Assembly: GCA_963662285.2 (NCBI GenBank)
Contig: CAXXMV010000008.1
Coordinates: 1,248,001 to 1,312,000 of the forward strand
Length of the DNA: 64,000 nt
Direction: 5' to 3'
Origin: a bacterium
GTDB taxonomy: Bacteria; Hinthialibacterota; Hinthialibacteria; Hinthialibacterales; Hinthialibacteraceae
Shown: piece after piece, positions 63,593-64,000 of the stretch
Position numbering within the stretch: the stretch's first letter is position 1
How the letters are laid out: each line of letters opens with the position of its first letter
Translations under genes and position numbers: made by a program
The notes under the pieces: model-generated
Databases searched by the model: none
What the model saw: only the letters and a program-made list of their open reading frames with translations
Told to the model about the DNA's origin: nothing

Positions 63593-63982
63593 TCAGACGC
63601 CCTGATATCCGCTTGAATCGCGGCGAAATTCCTGAATATAAGCCACGCCGATCAAGGCCTTGCTGATGGTAGAACGGTTAAGTAGATGCCGCATGTCGAC
63701 GAATTCACCTTTTTCGACCACGTTCTTGATTTCATGATCTAAATTTACCGGACGATCAGGGAAAGGTATTGAATCGAACACCACGGCGTGGTTATGCAAC
63801 AAGACCTGATTCTCTTTGTTAAGACTGGGATGCATATAAAATACTCTATCAACTTCTTCCCTGTCGTACTGAGATAAATCAGAGTCCTGTTCAACGCCCA
63901 ATCCGCAAATCAAACCAGTGACGTTTTTATGACGGGGCGTTTCGTCAAAATCAAGCCATTCCGCAATGTTAGAAGGGTGCAT
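63593..63982 (-). CDS. Hypothetical protein
   Basis: RBS GGAG; 129 aa. Confidence 0.55.
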   Translation of the reverse strand: MHPSNIAEWLDFDETPRHKNVTGLICGLGVEQDSDLSQYDREEVDRVFYMHPSLNKENQVLLHNHAVVFDSIPFPDRPVNLDHEIKNVVEKGEFVDMRHLLNRSTISKALIGVAYIQEFRRDSSGYQGV

Positions 63983-64000
63983 TATATTTTCTCCATTATC

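Overview
Bacterial chromosomal window of moderate to low GC in three parts. (1) Host genes at the edges: manC-type mannose-1-phosphate guanylyltransferase at 640-1758, and from 54.35 kb tRNA-Lys(CTT), smg-like, pheA, tyrA and carbohydrate-active genes. (2) An accessory stress region at about 1.9-25.4 kb: cbpAM, a two-component cluster, a very large double-DUF3494 ice-binding protein whose signal peptide is cut off by a 13-bp duplication, entericidin and lmo0937-type small proteins, a GT4/GT4/GH130/GH130 operon, and several decayed genes. (3) A ~29-kb integrative element at about 25.4-54.35 kb against the tRNA 3' end. It carries a serine recombinase, a DUF3987 ATPase, SSB, three paralogous PC4-like proteins, an ATPase-wHTH-nuclease fusion operon, a divergent GrpE/Hsp70/J-like operon, an excisionase and a class C group II intron. 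The most unusual feature is a ~2-kb non-coding array at about 40.2-42.2 kb. It has four degenerate ~310-430-nt units in ABAB order, built almost entirely of hairpins with a shared CGC-N-GCT head, and shows compensatory and G-T wobble changes. Two paralogous small acidic ORFs bracket it. This is a candidate novel structured ncRNA (or ssDNA) system. All family assignments come from motif recognition by eye; no searches were run.
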